A DNA stretch of 60,549 bases from Alistipes sp. (GCA_045576755.1 JAZNHC010000159.1:1-60549); one strand, 5' to 3'. Counted from the stretch's first letter, positions 9,416 to 18,339 are shown. The notes: generated by a model from the letters alone, not told the origin. Translations and numbers: made by a program.

Positions 9416-10243
9416 ATGAGCAATTTTCTAAAAACTCTTACGGTACTCCTCTTTGCCTTGCCGAGCGTGGCAATGGCAGAGGGGCTTGTCGTAGCCTCGT
9501 CGGAGCAGCCGACAGAGGTCAAGGAACTTCAAACAGCACAACCTTTGCGCGACACGACACGCACCCACAGCTACCGTCGCCAAAACCGAGGTGTCTCGAA
9601 TATGAAGACCGAGTTTGTCCCTAAGGGACAATGGGTATTCGGAGGCTCGATATCGTACTCGACCCACAGCAACAACAACTACAACTTCCTAATTGTCGAG
9701 GATATCAAATCGACAGGCTATCAATTCAAGGTTTCGCCAATCTTAGGCTACGCCTACTCGCGAAACTCGTTGATTGGTGTGCGCTTTGGCTACTCGCGCG
9801 GTTTGACACAGTTGGACAACGCAAGTCTCTCGATCACCTCGCTCGACAACGGCTTCTACTACTCGCTCAAGCACGCCTACAACGCAGAGTTGCTATGGCG
9901 CAAATATATTCCGCTGGGACGCAACAACAAGCGTTTTGCCCTCTTTGCTGAGGTTGCATTGACGGCAGGTGGTTCGCAGTCGAAACTCGCTGCAGGACCC
10001 CAGCAGAGCCTCAGTGGAACATACGCAACAAGCTTCGATGTGGGCTTGGGTGTAAATCCGGGTATCGCAGCCTTCCTCACCAACAATATGGCCATAGAGG
10101 TCAATATCGGTGTCTTTGGTCTTAACTACTCGAACACTCGTCAGACCAGCAACCAGGTGGTTGCAGGTTCGTCCTCATCGTCACAAATGAATTTCAAGGT
10201 AAACATCTTCTCCATTGGATTAGGTGCATCGTTCTATCTGTAA
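9416..10243 (+). CDS. Outer-membrane beta-barrel protein
   Basis: Signal peptide (SVAMA-E), amphipathic strands, C-terminal GLGASFYL. Confidence 0.75.
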   Translation: MSNFLKTLTVLLFALPSVAMAEGLVVASSEQPTEVKELQTAQPLRDTTRTHSYRRQNRGVSNMKTEFVPKGQWVFGGSISYSTHSNNNYNFLIVEDIKSTGYQFKVSPILGYAYSRNSLIGVRFGYSRGLTQLDNASLSITSLDNGFYYSLKHAYNAELLWRKYIPLGRNNKRFALFAEVALTAGGSQSKLAAGPQQSLSGTYATSFDVGLGVNPGIAAFLTNNMAIEVNIGVFGLNYSNTRQTSNQVVAGSSSSSQMNFKVNIFSIGLGASFYL

Positions 10244-10258
10244 AACATGGGAGGCATT

Positions 10259-11128
10259 ATGATGAAGAAGATTTTTATACTACTTACGGCGGTGCTTATG
10301 GCAAGCACCTTTCAGATGGCTGAGGCACAGAGCCTTCTTTTTGGTCGTGATTCGGTACGCGCAAGCAAACATCCACGCTCGCCATTCAGAATCAATCGTA
10401 TAGACCGCGAAATCGACAAAAATGTATTCGCATATAAGGGTGAGTGGATTTTGGGTGTTTCGGCTTCGTACGGAACTCTCACTACCGACGATTCGGATAT
10501 TGCACTCCTTGTCGAAGATCTCAAGCTCGGAGGTTCAGTCGTATCGGTTAAACCATATTTCGGCTGTTTCTATCGCAACAATCTCTCGATTGGCGCACGC
10601 CTTGGATATACCCACATGGCAGGCGAATTTAACAACGCCACAGTAAATCTCGGCAACTTTATAAACGGCATAGAGTTCAGCACCGACGGCATCGCATTGG
10701 GATACCAGAGCGACGCCTACTCGTTTGCACTCTTCCATCGCGCCTACGTACCACTTGACAAGAAGGGACGCTTCGGAGTATTTGGCGAGTTGGAGTTGGA
10801 GGGTTCGTTTGGTCGCTCGATGTTCAGTTTTATGTACAACAACGAGTGGAGCAAATCTATTTCGGATACCTACAAGGTGCGATTTAACTTCAACCCGGGT
10901 ATTGCAGCCTACATCTTCCCGAACGTCTGCGCTACAGTATCGTTCGGATTGGGAGGTTTGCAGTACAACCACATCAAGCAGTACGACGAGAATATGAATC
11001 CAACAGGAGGTACCCGCGACTTCTCGAAGTTGCGTTTCCGCCTCAACATCGCCGAGATCAATATTGGTGTCACCGTACACTTGTGGAGCAAGAAAAACGA
11101 ACAAAAATTGAGATTGAAGTATGAATAG
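10259..11128 (+). CDS. Outer-membrane beta-barrel protein, paralog of the upstream gene (alternative start 10247)
   Basis: Signal peptide (AEA-Q); KG.W..G.S.SY, R.Y.PL...RF..F.E and NPGIAA motifs shared with 9416..10243. Confidence 0.75.
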   Translation: MMKKIFILLTAVLMASTFQMAEAQSLLFGRDSVRASKHPRSPFRINRIDREIDKNVFAYKGEWILGVSASYGTLTTDDSDIALLVEDLKLGGSVVSVKPYFGCFYRNNLSIGARLGYTHMAGEFNNATVNLGNFINGIEFSTDGIALGYQSDAYSFALFHRAYVPLDKKGRFGVFGELELEGSFGRSMFSFMYNNEWSKSISDTYKVRFNFNPGIAAYIFPNVCATVSFGLGGLQYNHIKQYDENMNPTGGTRDFSKLRFRLNIAEINIGVTVHLWSKKNEQKLRLKYE

Positions 11129-12932
11129 AAGAATTATTATAGCTCTCTTTGCGGCTTTGACTCTTGCTTCGTGTATAGAGAACGATCTGCCAAAGCCTGT
11201 TGTGGACCTGTTTATCGCCTCGTTGGACGTAGAGGGTAGCGACGGTGACATTGTACTTGACCGTGCGACCTACACAGCCACAATACCTCTCGCCGAGGAG
11301 ACCAACATCGAGGAGGTGAAGTTCAACACCATCACCTTTGGCTCGGAGGTCATCACCAACGTAAACTATACCGCCGACAATGCGAAGATTATCGTATCGA
11401 AGGATCTAAATAATCGCGTTATCAACATGGCGGAGCCTGAGTATATTACGCTCTCCTATTTCCAGACCTACGAGTGGAAGATCGTGGCAACACAGACCAT
11501 CAACCGCATCTGGACCGTAAATGGTCAGATTGGTGCCACCGAGTGGGACTTGGAGGGACACCGTGCCATCGTAAAGCGTCGTCAGGACTACTCGCTCGAC
11601 AATGTCGAGACTACGGATGTGCGTTTTGGACCTCGCCCTACCTACGACTACCCTACTGTGGAGAATATACCGACAAACTTCAACAACGAGGAGAAGTCGC
11701 GCACCATCACCGTATCGGCTCACGGACGTTCCACGATTTGGGAGTTGGTAATTGTGCCAACGTTGGCAGAGCCTGAATTCCAATACGTTGGCGCAGGTGC
11801 AAATGTTATATGGATCAAGGCGAATGCTATTGGCGGTAGTGACATTGTATTCAAGTATCGCAAGAGTGGCACAGAGCCGTGGATTGACGCTAACGCGAAT
11901 TGGTATGCTTCAGCCGAGTCTGATTCTCCATTCAACCGCTACGAGCAGGGCTACGTAAAGGCTGTGCTTCGCGGTTTGGAGCCAAACACAAAGTACGAAG
12001 TACAAGGCTGGGCAAATACCAGGTTGGCAGATGGAGGTATGTCGGAAATTCCGTCCGATATCTTCGAGGTAACGACCGCACCTCTCTACCAGATGCCGAA
12101 CTCGCAGATGGAGGAGTGGGCGAAGTTTACAAACGATCAGAACCTCTTGCCTGAAGGTGTGGCAGGACCTTGCTGGTACCCATTCTCCTCGGTGCAGAAT
12201 ATGTTCTGGGCTACGGGTAACCCTGGTGGAACATCGCTCGGCGAGAAGTTCAACCTCACATACCCCGTATACAAGAGCGAGAATCCGGAGAATGTTCCGA
12301 GCGATTCGACAGGCAATGTGAGTGCATTTATGGGTTCGCAGAATGTGCTGAATGTGAAGTTTGCAGCCGGAAACCTCTTTGTGGGTTACTATGGCGAGAC
12401 CCTCGGTACAAATGCCAAGGTATACTTTGGTCGTCAGATCAGCGAGAATGTCAAGCCTGTGGCACTGCGCTTCAAGGTTAAGTACTCTCGTGGCGATATC
12501 AACTACGTAAGCAGTAAGTCTGCAGCGGTGGGCACCGAGTATCACATCGGCAGCAAGCAGATAAAGATTATGGGTGGTCAGCCTGACCTCGCCAAGGTGT
12601 TCATCTGTCTGACCGATTGGAAGGAGTCGCACTGCGTATATAGTGCCGACGAAACCACCTTCTTCGACCCTCGCACCGCAGCAGGAGTAAACGGTTTGGG
12701 CTACTTCGATAGCGACAGCAACCCCGAGATGGTTGTGGAGCAGACCAAGGAGTGGCACACAATGACACTGCCTATCGAGTATGTAAATCCTGAGATTGTA
12801 CCATCGTGTCTGGTATTGACATTCACCTGCTCGGGCTATGGCGACTACTTTACGGGTAGTAGCGAGTCGTGGATGTATGTCGATGATATCGAATTGCTGT
12901 ACGACCTCGACGAAAACAACCAACCGAAATAG
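11121..12932 (+). CDS. PCMD-domain lipoprotein
   Basis: Lipobox LASC-IENDLP; Ig/FN3-like middle (LRGLEPNTKYEV); PCMD motifs QMPNS.MEEW, WATGN, FAAGNLFVG, GDYFTG...YVDDIELLY; overlaps the upstream stop. Confidence 0.75.
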   Translation: MNRRIIIALFAALTLASCIENDLPKPVVDLFIASLDVEGSDGDIVLDRATYTATIPLAEETNIEEVKFNTITFGSEVITNVNYTADNAKIIVSKDLNNRVINMAEPEYITLSYFQTYEWKIVATQTINRIWTVNGQIGATEWDLEGHRAIVKRRQDYSLDNVETTDVRFGPRPTYDYPTVENIPTNFNNEEKSRTITVSAHGRSTIWELVIVPTLAEPEFQYVGAGANVIWIKANAIGGSDIVFKYRKSGTEPWIDANANWYASAESDSPFNRYEQGYVKAVLRGLEPNTKYEVQGWANTRLADGGMSEIPSDIFEVTTAPLYQMPNSQMEEWAKFTNDQNLLPEGVAGPCWYPFSSVQNMFWATGNPGGTSLGEKFNLTYPVYKSENPENVPSDSTGNVSAFMGSQNVLNVKFAAGNLFVGYYGETLGTNAKVYFGRQISENVKPVALRFKVKYSRGDINYVSSKSAAVGTEYHIGSKQIKIMGGQPDLAKVFICLTDWKESHCVYSADETTFFDPRTAAGVNGLGYFDSDSNPEMVVEQTKEWHTMTLPIEYVNPEIVPSCLVLTFTCSGYGDYFTGSSESWMYVDDIELLYDLDENNQPK

Positions 12933-12935
12933 AAC

Positions 12936-12973
12936 AAAAGGTGTCCAACAAGTTTTTTTGGACACCTTTTTTT
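12936..12973 (+). terminator. Intrinsic terminator of the pilin-like operon
   Basis: AAAAGGTGTCCAA...TTGGACACCTTTT followed by a T run. Confidence 0.85.
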
Positions 12974-12974
12974 G

Positions 12975-12982
12975 TATCTTTG
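12975..12982 (+). promoter_or_regulatory. -7 promoter element
   Basis: TATCTTTG, 20 nt before ATG 13003. Confidence 0.65.
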
Positions 12983-13002
12983 TGGGAACAACGTTTGAAT
13001 TT

Positions 13003-15168
13003 ATGAAGGCTAACTACAAACAAATAGTAAAGATAGTAGCGATTTGTGCTACCATTTTTGGCGTGGCATATCTCTTGGGATATGGCATTGGTCGTGGAAT
13101 TCGTAAAATTAAAGATATGACAGAAGTTTTGAACTACCCTGAAACTGCCCGTGAGGGGGTGGTGGATAACTACCACGGCACCGAGGTTGCCGACCCTTAT
13201 CGTTGGCTCGAAGACGATATGTCGGAGCGCACAGCCGAGTGGGTAAAGGCACAGAACGAGGTGACGTTCGGCTATCTCCGCTCGCTGCCACAGCGCGAGG
13301 CTATTCGCAAACGACTCACCGAACTATGGAACTACCCTTCGCAGAGTGCCCCATCAAAGCGCGGCGAGTGGTACTACATCTCGCGCAATAGCGGACTGCA
13401 AAATCAGAGCGTCATCTACCGCAAGCGCAACCTCGCCGACGTCGAGGAGGAGCTCTTCTTCGACCCTAATACCCTCTCGGAAGATGGTACGGTAGCACTG
13501 AATACAGGTACATTTACCAAAGATGGCAAATATTTCGCCTACTCACTCGCCTCGGCAGGCTCGGACTGGGTGGAGATCTTCGTTCTCGACACCGAGACTA
13601 TGAAGCCCCTCGCAGACCATATCAAGTGGGTGAAATTTTCGGGTGCTTCGTGGACTCGCGATGGTCGCGGATTCTACTATAGTGCCTACGATGCACCAAA
13701 GGATGGCGACGGAGTATATTCGGCACAAAACACCAACCAGAAGGTCTATTTCCACCGCCTCGGCACCAAGCAGGGGGAGGATATCCTGATTTTCGAGGAC
13801 AAGAACAACCCTCTCCACTACCACCACGGCGACGAAAGCGAGGATGGCAAGTGGCAGTTTATCTCCTCGTCTGCAGGAACTTCGGGCACGCAGCTACTCT
13901 ATAAGCGCACCTCGGAGCGCAAGTGGCGCACTCTCTTCAAGGGCTTCGAGTACGACTATTATGTGCTTGACTGCGACGAAGACGAGGTGCTTGTTATGAC
14001 CAACGACAACGCCGCAAACTATCGTCTCGTAGGGGTAAATCTCCTTACGGGCAAGCAGTACGACATCATCCCCGAGGGCAAATCGCTACTCGAAGGCGTG
14101 GGTATGGCGGGCAAATACCTCTTTGCCGAGTACCTGATTGATGCGCAGAGCAAAATTTTCCAATATGACCGCAAGGGTACCCTTATACGCGAGGTGGAGC
14201 TGCCTATTATCGGCTCGGTTGCAGGTTTTGATGGCGAGCGCGAAGATAAGGAGGTCTACTATGCTGTAACCAACTATACTACCCCGGGAACAATCTATCG
14301 CTACGATATCGAGAGTGGCAAGTCGGAACTGTACCACCGTGCAGAGGTTAAGTTCGACAGCGAAAAGTACGAGACCGAGCAGATATTCTTCGAGAGCAAG
14401 GATGGCACGCGCGTTCCGATGTTTGTTTCGCACAAAAAGGGTATCAAACTCGACGGCAACAACCCTTGCTATCTCTATGGATATGGAGGTTTTCAGATTA
14501 ACCTCACCCCTTCGTTCTCGACTACGGCAGTGATGTTTATGGAGCAGGGCGGCGTATGGTGCGTAGTGAATCTGCGCGGTGGCTCTGAGTATGGCGAGGA
14601 GTGGCACAAGGGCGGTATGTTGGAGAACAAGCAGAATGTCTTTGACGACTTTATTGCAGCTGCCGAACACCTTATCAACAATGGATATACCTCGAGCGGA
14701 AAACTCGCCATTGCGGGTGGCTCGAACGGAGGTTTGTTGGTCGGTGCTTGTATGACGCAACGCCCTGACCTATACGCTGTTGCGCTGCCTGCTGTGGGAG
14801 TGTTGGATATGTTGCGTTACCACCGCTTCACCATTGGCCACGGCTGGGTTGTGGAGTATGGCTCGGCGGATGTGAAGGAGCAGTTTGAATATCTTATAAA
14901 GTACTCACCGCTGCACAACTTACGCGAGGGTGTGGAGTACCCTGCGACGCTCGTCACTACGGGCGACCACGATGACCGCGTAGTACCGGCACACTCCTTT
15001 AAGTTTGCTGCCGAGTTGCAGCACTGCCATAGCGGTAAAAAACCCGTGCTTATCCGCATCGACACCAATGCAGGTCACGGAGCAGGCAAACCAACCTCGA
15101 AACGCATCGAGGAGATAGCCGACACCTTCGCATTTATCTTTGAGAACACAAACACAAAGTATAGATAA
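13003..15168 (+). CDS. Prolyl oligopeptidase (S9A)
   Basis: DPYRWLE, GYGGF, GGSNGG, HDDRV, AGHGAG; start placed downstream of the terminator and promoter. Confidence 0.93.
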   Translation: MKANYKQIVKIVAICATIFGVAYLLGYGIGRGIRKIKDMTEVLNYPETAREGVVDNYHGTEVADPYRWLEDDMSERTAEWVKAQNEVTFGYLRSLPQREAIRKRLTELWNYPSQSAPSKRGEWYYISRNSGLQNQSVIYRKRNLADVEEELFFDPNTLSEDGTVALNTGTFTKDGKYFAYSLASAGSDWVEIFVLDTETMKPLADHIKWVKFSGASWTRDGRGFYYSAYDAPKDGDGVYSAQNTNQKVYFHRLGTKQGEDILIFEDKNNPLHYHHGDESEDGKWQFISSSAGTSGTQLLYKRTSERKWRTLFKGFEYDYYVLDCDEDEVLVMTNDNAANYRLVGVNLLTGKQYDIIPEGKSLLEGVGMAGKYLFAEYLIDAQSKIFQYDRKGTLIREVELPIIGSVAGFDGEREDKEVYYAVTNYTTPGTIYRYDIESGKSELYHRAEVKFDSEKYETEQIFFESKDGTRVPMFVSHKKGIKLDGNNPCYLYGYGGFQINLTPSFSTTAVMFMEQGGVWCVVNLRGGSEYGEEWHKGGMLENKQNVFDDFIAAAEHLINNGYTSSGKLAIAGGSNGGLLVGACMTQRPDLYAVALPAVGVLDMLRYHRFTIGHGWVVEYGSADVKEQFEYLIKYSPLHNLREGVEYPATLVTTGDHDDRVVPAHSFKFAAELQHCHSGKKPVLIRIDTNAGHGAGKPTSKRIEEIADTFAFIFENTNTKYR

Positions 15169-15197
15169 CGGAAAACTAAAAGTTATTCCATAAATTC

Positions 15198-15319
15198 AAA
15201 ATCGGAGGCGATGAGGCTATTTTTGTGCGTTACGCAGTGGCGTAAAGCGGAGCATACTTGGCGTATGTGAGCATTTACGACGCAAGTAAGGTGCAAAAAG
15301 AGTCCATCGGAACGATTTT
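15198..15319. repeat. Long imperfect hairpin element (REPIN/MITE-like or structured ncRNA)
   Basis: Nested inverted repeats AAAATCG/CGATTTT, CGATG/CATCG, TTTTGTGC/GTGCAAAA, CGTAAA/TTTACG, GCATAC/GTATGT. Confidence 0.65.
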
Positions 15320-15332
15320 CAGAACAAAAGCA

Positions 15333-15836
15333 ATGGAGGAATTAGAATTACGCAGCAAGAAGGTTTTTGACTACCTTGATGCTCACGAAATAAAATACGA
15401 GGTCTATTTTCATCCGGAGTCGCCAACCATTGAGATTGCAAAGCAGTATTGGCGCAAGGATAGGTCGGTGCACTGCAAAAATCTCTTTTTCCGCAACCAT
15501 AAGGGCAACCGCCACTATTTGGTCTGCTTCGATTGCGATAGGGATATGGCGATTCACGATATGGAACACCGTCTGCATCAGGGAAAGTTGAGTTTTGCAT
15601 CACCCCAGCGTATGGAGCGCTACCTCGGTTTGGAGCCTGGCTCGGTCTCACCGTTTGGACTTATCAATGACGAGGAGCACCACGTGCATCTCTTCCTCGA
15701 CCACAACCTGCAAAATGCCGAGAGTTTGAGTTTCCACCCCAACGACAGTCGTGGCACGGTGGTTATCTCGCGCGAGGAATTTCTGCGCTACCTCGATGCG
15801 GTGGGCAACACGTGGGAGTATGTAGAGTTGTATTAG
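15333..15836 (+). CDS. Prolyl-tRNA editing protein (YbaK/ProX/PrdX family)
   Basis: HCKNLFFRNHKG, LSFAS, LG..PGSVSPFGLIND, FHPN; start at MEELE. Confidence 0.85.
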   Translation: MEELELRSKKVFDYLDAHEIKYEVYFHPESPTIEIAKQYWRKDRSVHCKNLFFRNHKGNRHYLVCFDCDRDMAIHDMEHRLHQGKLSFASPQRMERYLGLEPGSVSPFGLINDEEHHVHLFLDHNLQNAESLSFHPNDSRGTVVISREEFLRYLDAVGNTWEYVELY

Positions 15837-15920
15837 GCGTTGGGGTTTTAGCCATTGGCTTTTTAGGGAGTTTAGAGAGTTTAGAGAAATTAGATTCTCT
15901 ACTCTTCTCAAACCAGAATT

Positions 15921-15953
15921 TTTTTAATTTTTAATTTTTAATTTTTAATTTTG
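15921..15953 (+). repeat. (TTTTTAA)x4 tandem repeat merging into the TAATTTTG -7 element of lysC
   Basis: Direct reading of the sequence. Confidence 0.8.
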
Positions 15954-15976
15954 CGACTGAAAAGCAAAGGAAAATT

Positions 15977-17236
15977 ATGAAAGTCTACAAATTTGGAGGT
16001 GCTTCGGTGCGCCACGCAGAGGGTGTTCGCAACCTCTTGAATATCGTTCAGGGAGAAGAGGAACTCTTCGTTATCGTCTCGGCAATGGGCAAGACAACCA
16101 ACGCTTTGGAGGAGGTCTTCGATGCTATGCGCAAGGGTGACACCGCATTCTGCGAGAAGAAAATAGATGAGATCAAGGCATACCACTACACCACTATCGC
16201 CGACCTCTTCGGCTCAACGGAGTATCGTATCGAGGAGGTTGATGCTCTCTTCGAGGCACTGCGCAAGGCGGTGACAACCAATAAGTTCGAGCGCAGTCGT
16301 GCCGAGGAGTGGTACGACCATATCGTAGCTTACGGTGAGTTGGTTTCGACAACTATCATCTCGGCATTCCTCAACAAAGAGGGTATTTCGAACACCTGGA
16401 TCGATATGCGCAAGTGCTTCCTCACACAGGCACGCCACAAGGATGCCAACGTATTGATCGAGCAGTCGGCAACACCTTTGCGCTTGGCAGTGGCAGGTGC
16501 GGAGAACCGCATTTTCGTAGGTCAGGGCTTTATCGGCTCGGCTCCCGACGGCACAACCACAACTCTCGGACGCGAGGGCTCGGACTACTCGGCTGCGGTA
16601 GTGGCAAATATCCTCGATGCAGAGTCGATGACCGTATGGAAGGATGTGGACGGCATCCTCAATGCCGACCCTAAGATCTTCCCTGACGCAGTGAAGATAG
16701 ATCAACTTAACTATGTGGATACCATCGAGTTGGCATATAGTGGAGCACAGATTATCCATCCCAAGACCATCAAGCCGCTACAGAACAAGAATATTCCTTT
16801 GTATGTGAAACCGTTTGGCAACAAGTTGGCTGCCGGAACGGCAATTAACAGCACGGCGCAAACCATCTCCACACCAATCATCATCCTCAAGCGCAACCAG
16901 AGCTTCTTGCGCCTGCGTTCGCGCGACTTGTCGTTTGTGTTGGAGGAGAAGTTCCCTATCATCTTCGCCACATTGGAGCGTTTCCGCATCAAAACAAACC
17001 TTATCCACAACACCGCTGTCGAGTTGGGTTTGTGTGTGGAGGAGAGCTGGCACTTGGAGGAGGTTGCTGCGGCACTGCAGGGCGAGGGCTTCGACACCGA
17101 GATCATAGAGAAGGTGGAGTTACTCACCATTCGCCACTACAACAATGAGCTCTTCGCAAAGTATGCAAGCAAGCACAACGAATATCTGATTCGTCAGACG
17201 ACTGCCGACACCGTTCGCATTGTAAAACCTCTATAA
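15977..17236 (+). CDS. lysC: Aspartate kinase
   Basis: VYKFGGASV, VSAMGKTTN, TTLGREGSDYSA, DVDGILNADP. Confidence 0.93.
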   Translation: MKVYKFGGASVRHAEGVRNLLNIVQGEEELFVIVSAMGKTTNALEEVFDAMRKGDTAFCEKKIDEIKAYHYTTIADLFGSTEYRIEEVDALFEALRKAVTTNKFERSRAEEWYDHIVAYGELVSTTIISAFLNKEGISNTWIDMRKCFLTQARHKDANVLIEQSATPLRLAVAGAENRIFVGQGFIGSAPDGTTTTLGREGSDYSAAVVANILDAESMTVWKDVDGILNADPKIFPDAVKIDQLNYVDTIELAYSGAQIIHPKTIKPLQNKNIPLYVKPFGNKLAAGTAINSTAQTISTPIIILKRNQSFLRLRSRDLSFVLEEKFPIIFATLERFRIKTNLIHNTAVELGLCVEESWHLEEVAAALQGEGFDTEIIEKVELLTIRHYNNELFAKYASKHNEYLIRQTTADTVRIVKPL

Positions 17237-17246
17237 ACTACTCCGT

Positions 17247-18254
17247 ATGAAAAAGATCGTATTAGCTCTTGTGGCAATTTTTGCCATCTCGGCAGCCTAT
17301 GCAGCAAAGCCGATAAAGATTATCTTCGATACCGATATGGGCAACGATGTAGACGACGTTATTGCGCTCGATATGCTCTACAAATATCAGGACGAAGGAA
17401 AAATCGACCTTCTCGGCATCTTGTCGAGCAAGCGCGAAGGAGGTAGCGTGAAGTTTATCGATGCGATGAACACCTTATACGGCTACCCGAACATCCCTAT
17501 CGGCATAGCAAAGATCTATCCCGAGGAGAACTATGTGGACACAGCAACATCCAAGCGCCTGAACTACGCAGATTGGACCGTTGCAAACCACACTTACAAC
17601 CACACAATCAAGGATTGGAATGCCATACCCGATGGTTACAAGTTGCTCCGACAGCTTCTCGTAAAGGAGGAGGACAACAGCGTAGTGGTGGTGGCAGTAG
17701 GTTTTTCGACCAATCTTGCTCGAATGATGGAGTCGAAGGGTGACGAGATCTCGCCACTTAGCGGCAAGGAACTCTTTGCGCAAAAGGTCGAGAAGGTAGT
17801 TATTATGGCAGGAAATTTCGCAGAGCAGAAGGCAGAGTACAATGTACGCAAAGATCACTTTGCGGCGGTTAAATTCTATGCCGAGTGCCCCGTACCGATG
17901 TACTTTACCGACTACCGCCTTGGTCGCACCATACTCTACCCTTGGCAGGCTATATACAAAGGTTTCAACTATGTGGAGAACCACCCTTGCGTAGTGGCTT
18001 TCGAGTACTACCAGCAGATGCCATACAACCGTCCATTGTGGGACCCTACGGCAGTTCTGTTTGCGGTAGAGAGTGGTTACGCATCGATATCGAAACCCGG
18101 AATGGTACAGGTCGATTTCAAGAGCAACACATTCTTTATCGAGGATAAGTCTTCAAATCGCTATTACTACATCGTGAACGACAAGCAGCGTGCGAAGATT
18201 ATCCGCCGTGTGGAGGAGATCACGCTCCGCACCCCAAAATGCTTTCAGAAGTAG
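17247..18254 (+). CDS. Secreted nucleoside hydrolase (IU-NH family)
   Basis: Signal peptide AYA-A; IIFDTDMGNDVDD, AEYN, WDP motifs. Confidence 0.85.
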   Translation: MKKIVLALVAIFAISAAYAAKPIKIIFDTDMGNDVDDVIALDMLYKYQDEGKIDLLGILSSKREGGSVKFIDAMNTLYGYPNIPIGIAKIYPEENYVDTATSKRLNYADWTVANHTYNHTIKDWNAIPDGYKLLRQLLVKEEDNSVVVVAVGFSTNLARMMESKGDEISPLSGKELFAQKVEKVVIMAGNFAEQKAEYNVRKDHFAAVKFYAECPVPMYFTDYRLGRTILYPWQAIYKGFNYVENHPCVVAFEYYQQMPYNRPLWDPTAVLFAVESGYASISKPGMVQVDFKSNTFFIEDKSSNRYYYIVNDKQRAKIIRRVEEITLRTPKCFQK

Positions 18255-18271
18255 CACAGAACAACCGGAAT

Positions 18272-18306
18272 AAAATGAGGGTATCAGCGACGATACCCTC
18301 ATTTTT
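18272..18306. terminator. Bidirectional intrinsic terminator
   Basis: AAAATGAGGGTATC-AGCGAC-GATACCCTCATTTT. Confidence 0.9.
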
Positions 18307-18339
18307 GTATGATTTTGTGTAACCTGTTCGAATTCTGCT

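Noticed and set aside
9283-12903. Similar 3' ends of the two PCMD genes as a possible DGR template/variable repeat pair
   Set aside because: Differences are mostly synonymous and not adenine-specific; no reverse transcriptase in the window
12838-13002. Longer N-terminus of the prolyl oligopeptidase ORF
   Set aside because: Overlaps the upstream gene, terminator and promoter; start at 13003 preferred
15258-15332. N-terminal extension of the ProX ORF
   Set aside because: Falls inside the hairpin element; ATG 15333 fits the family length
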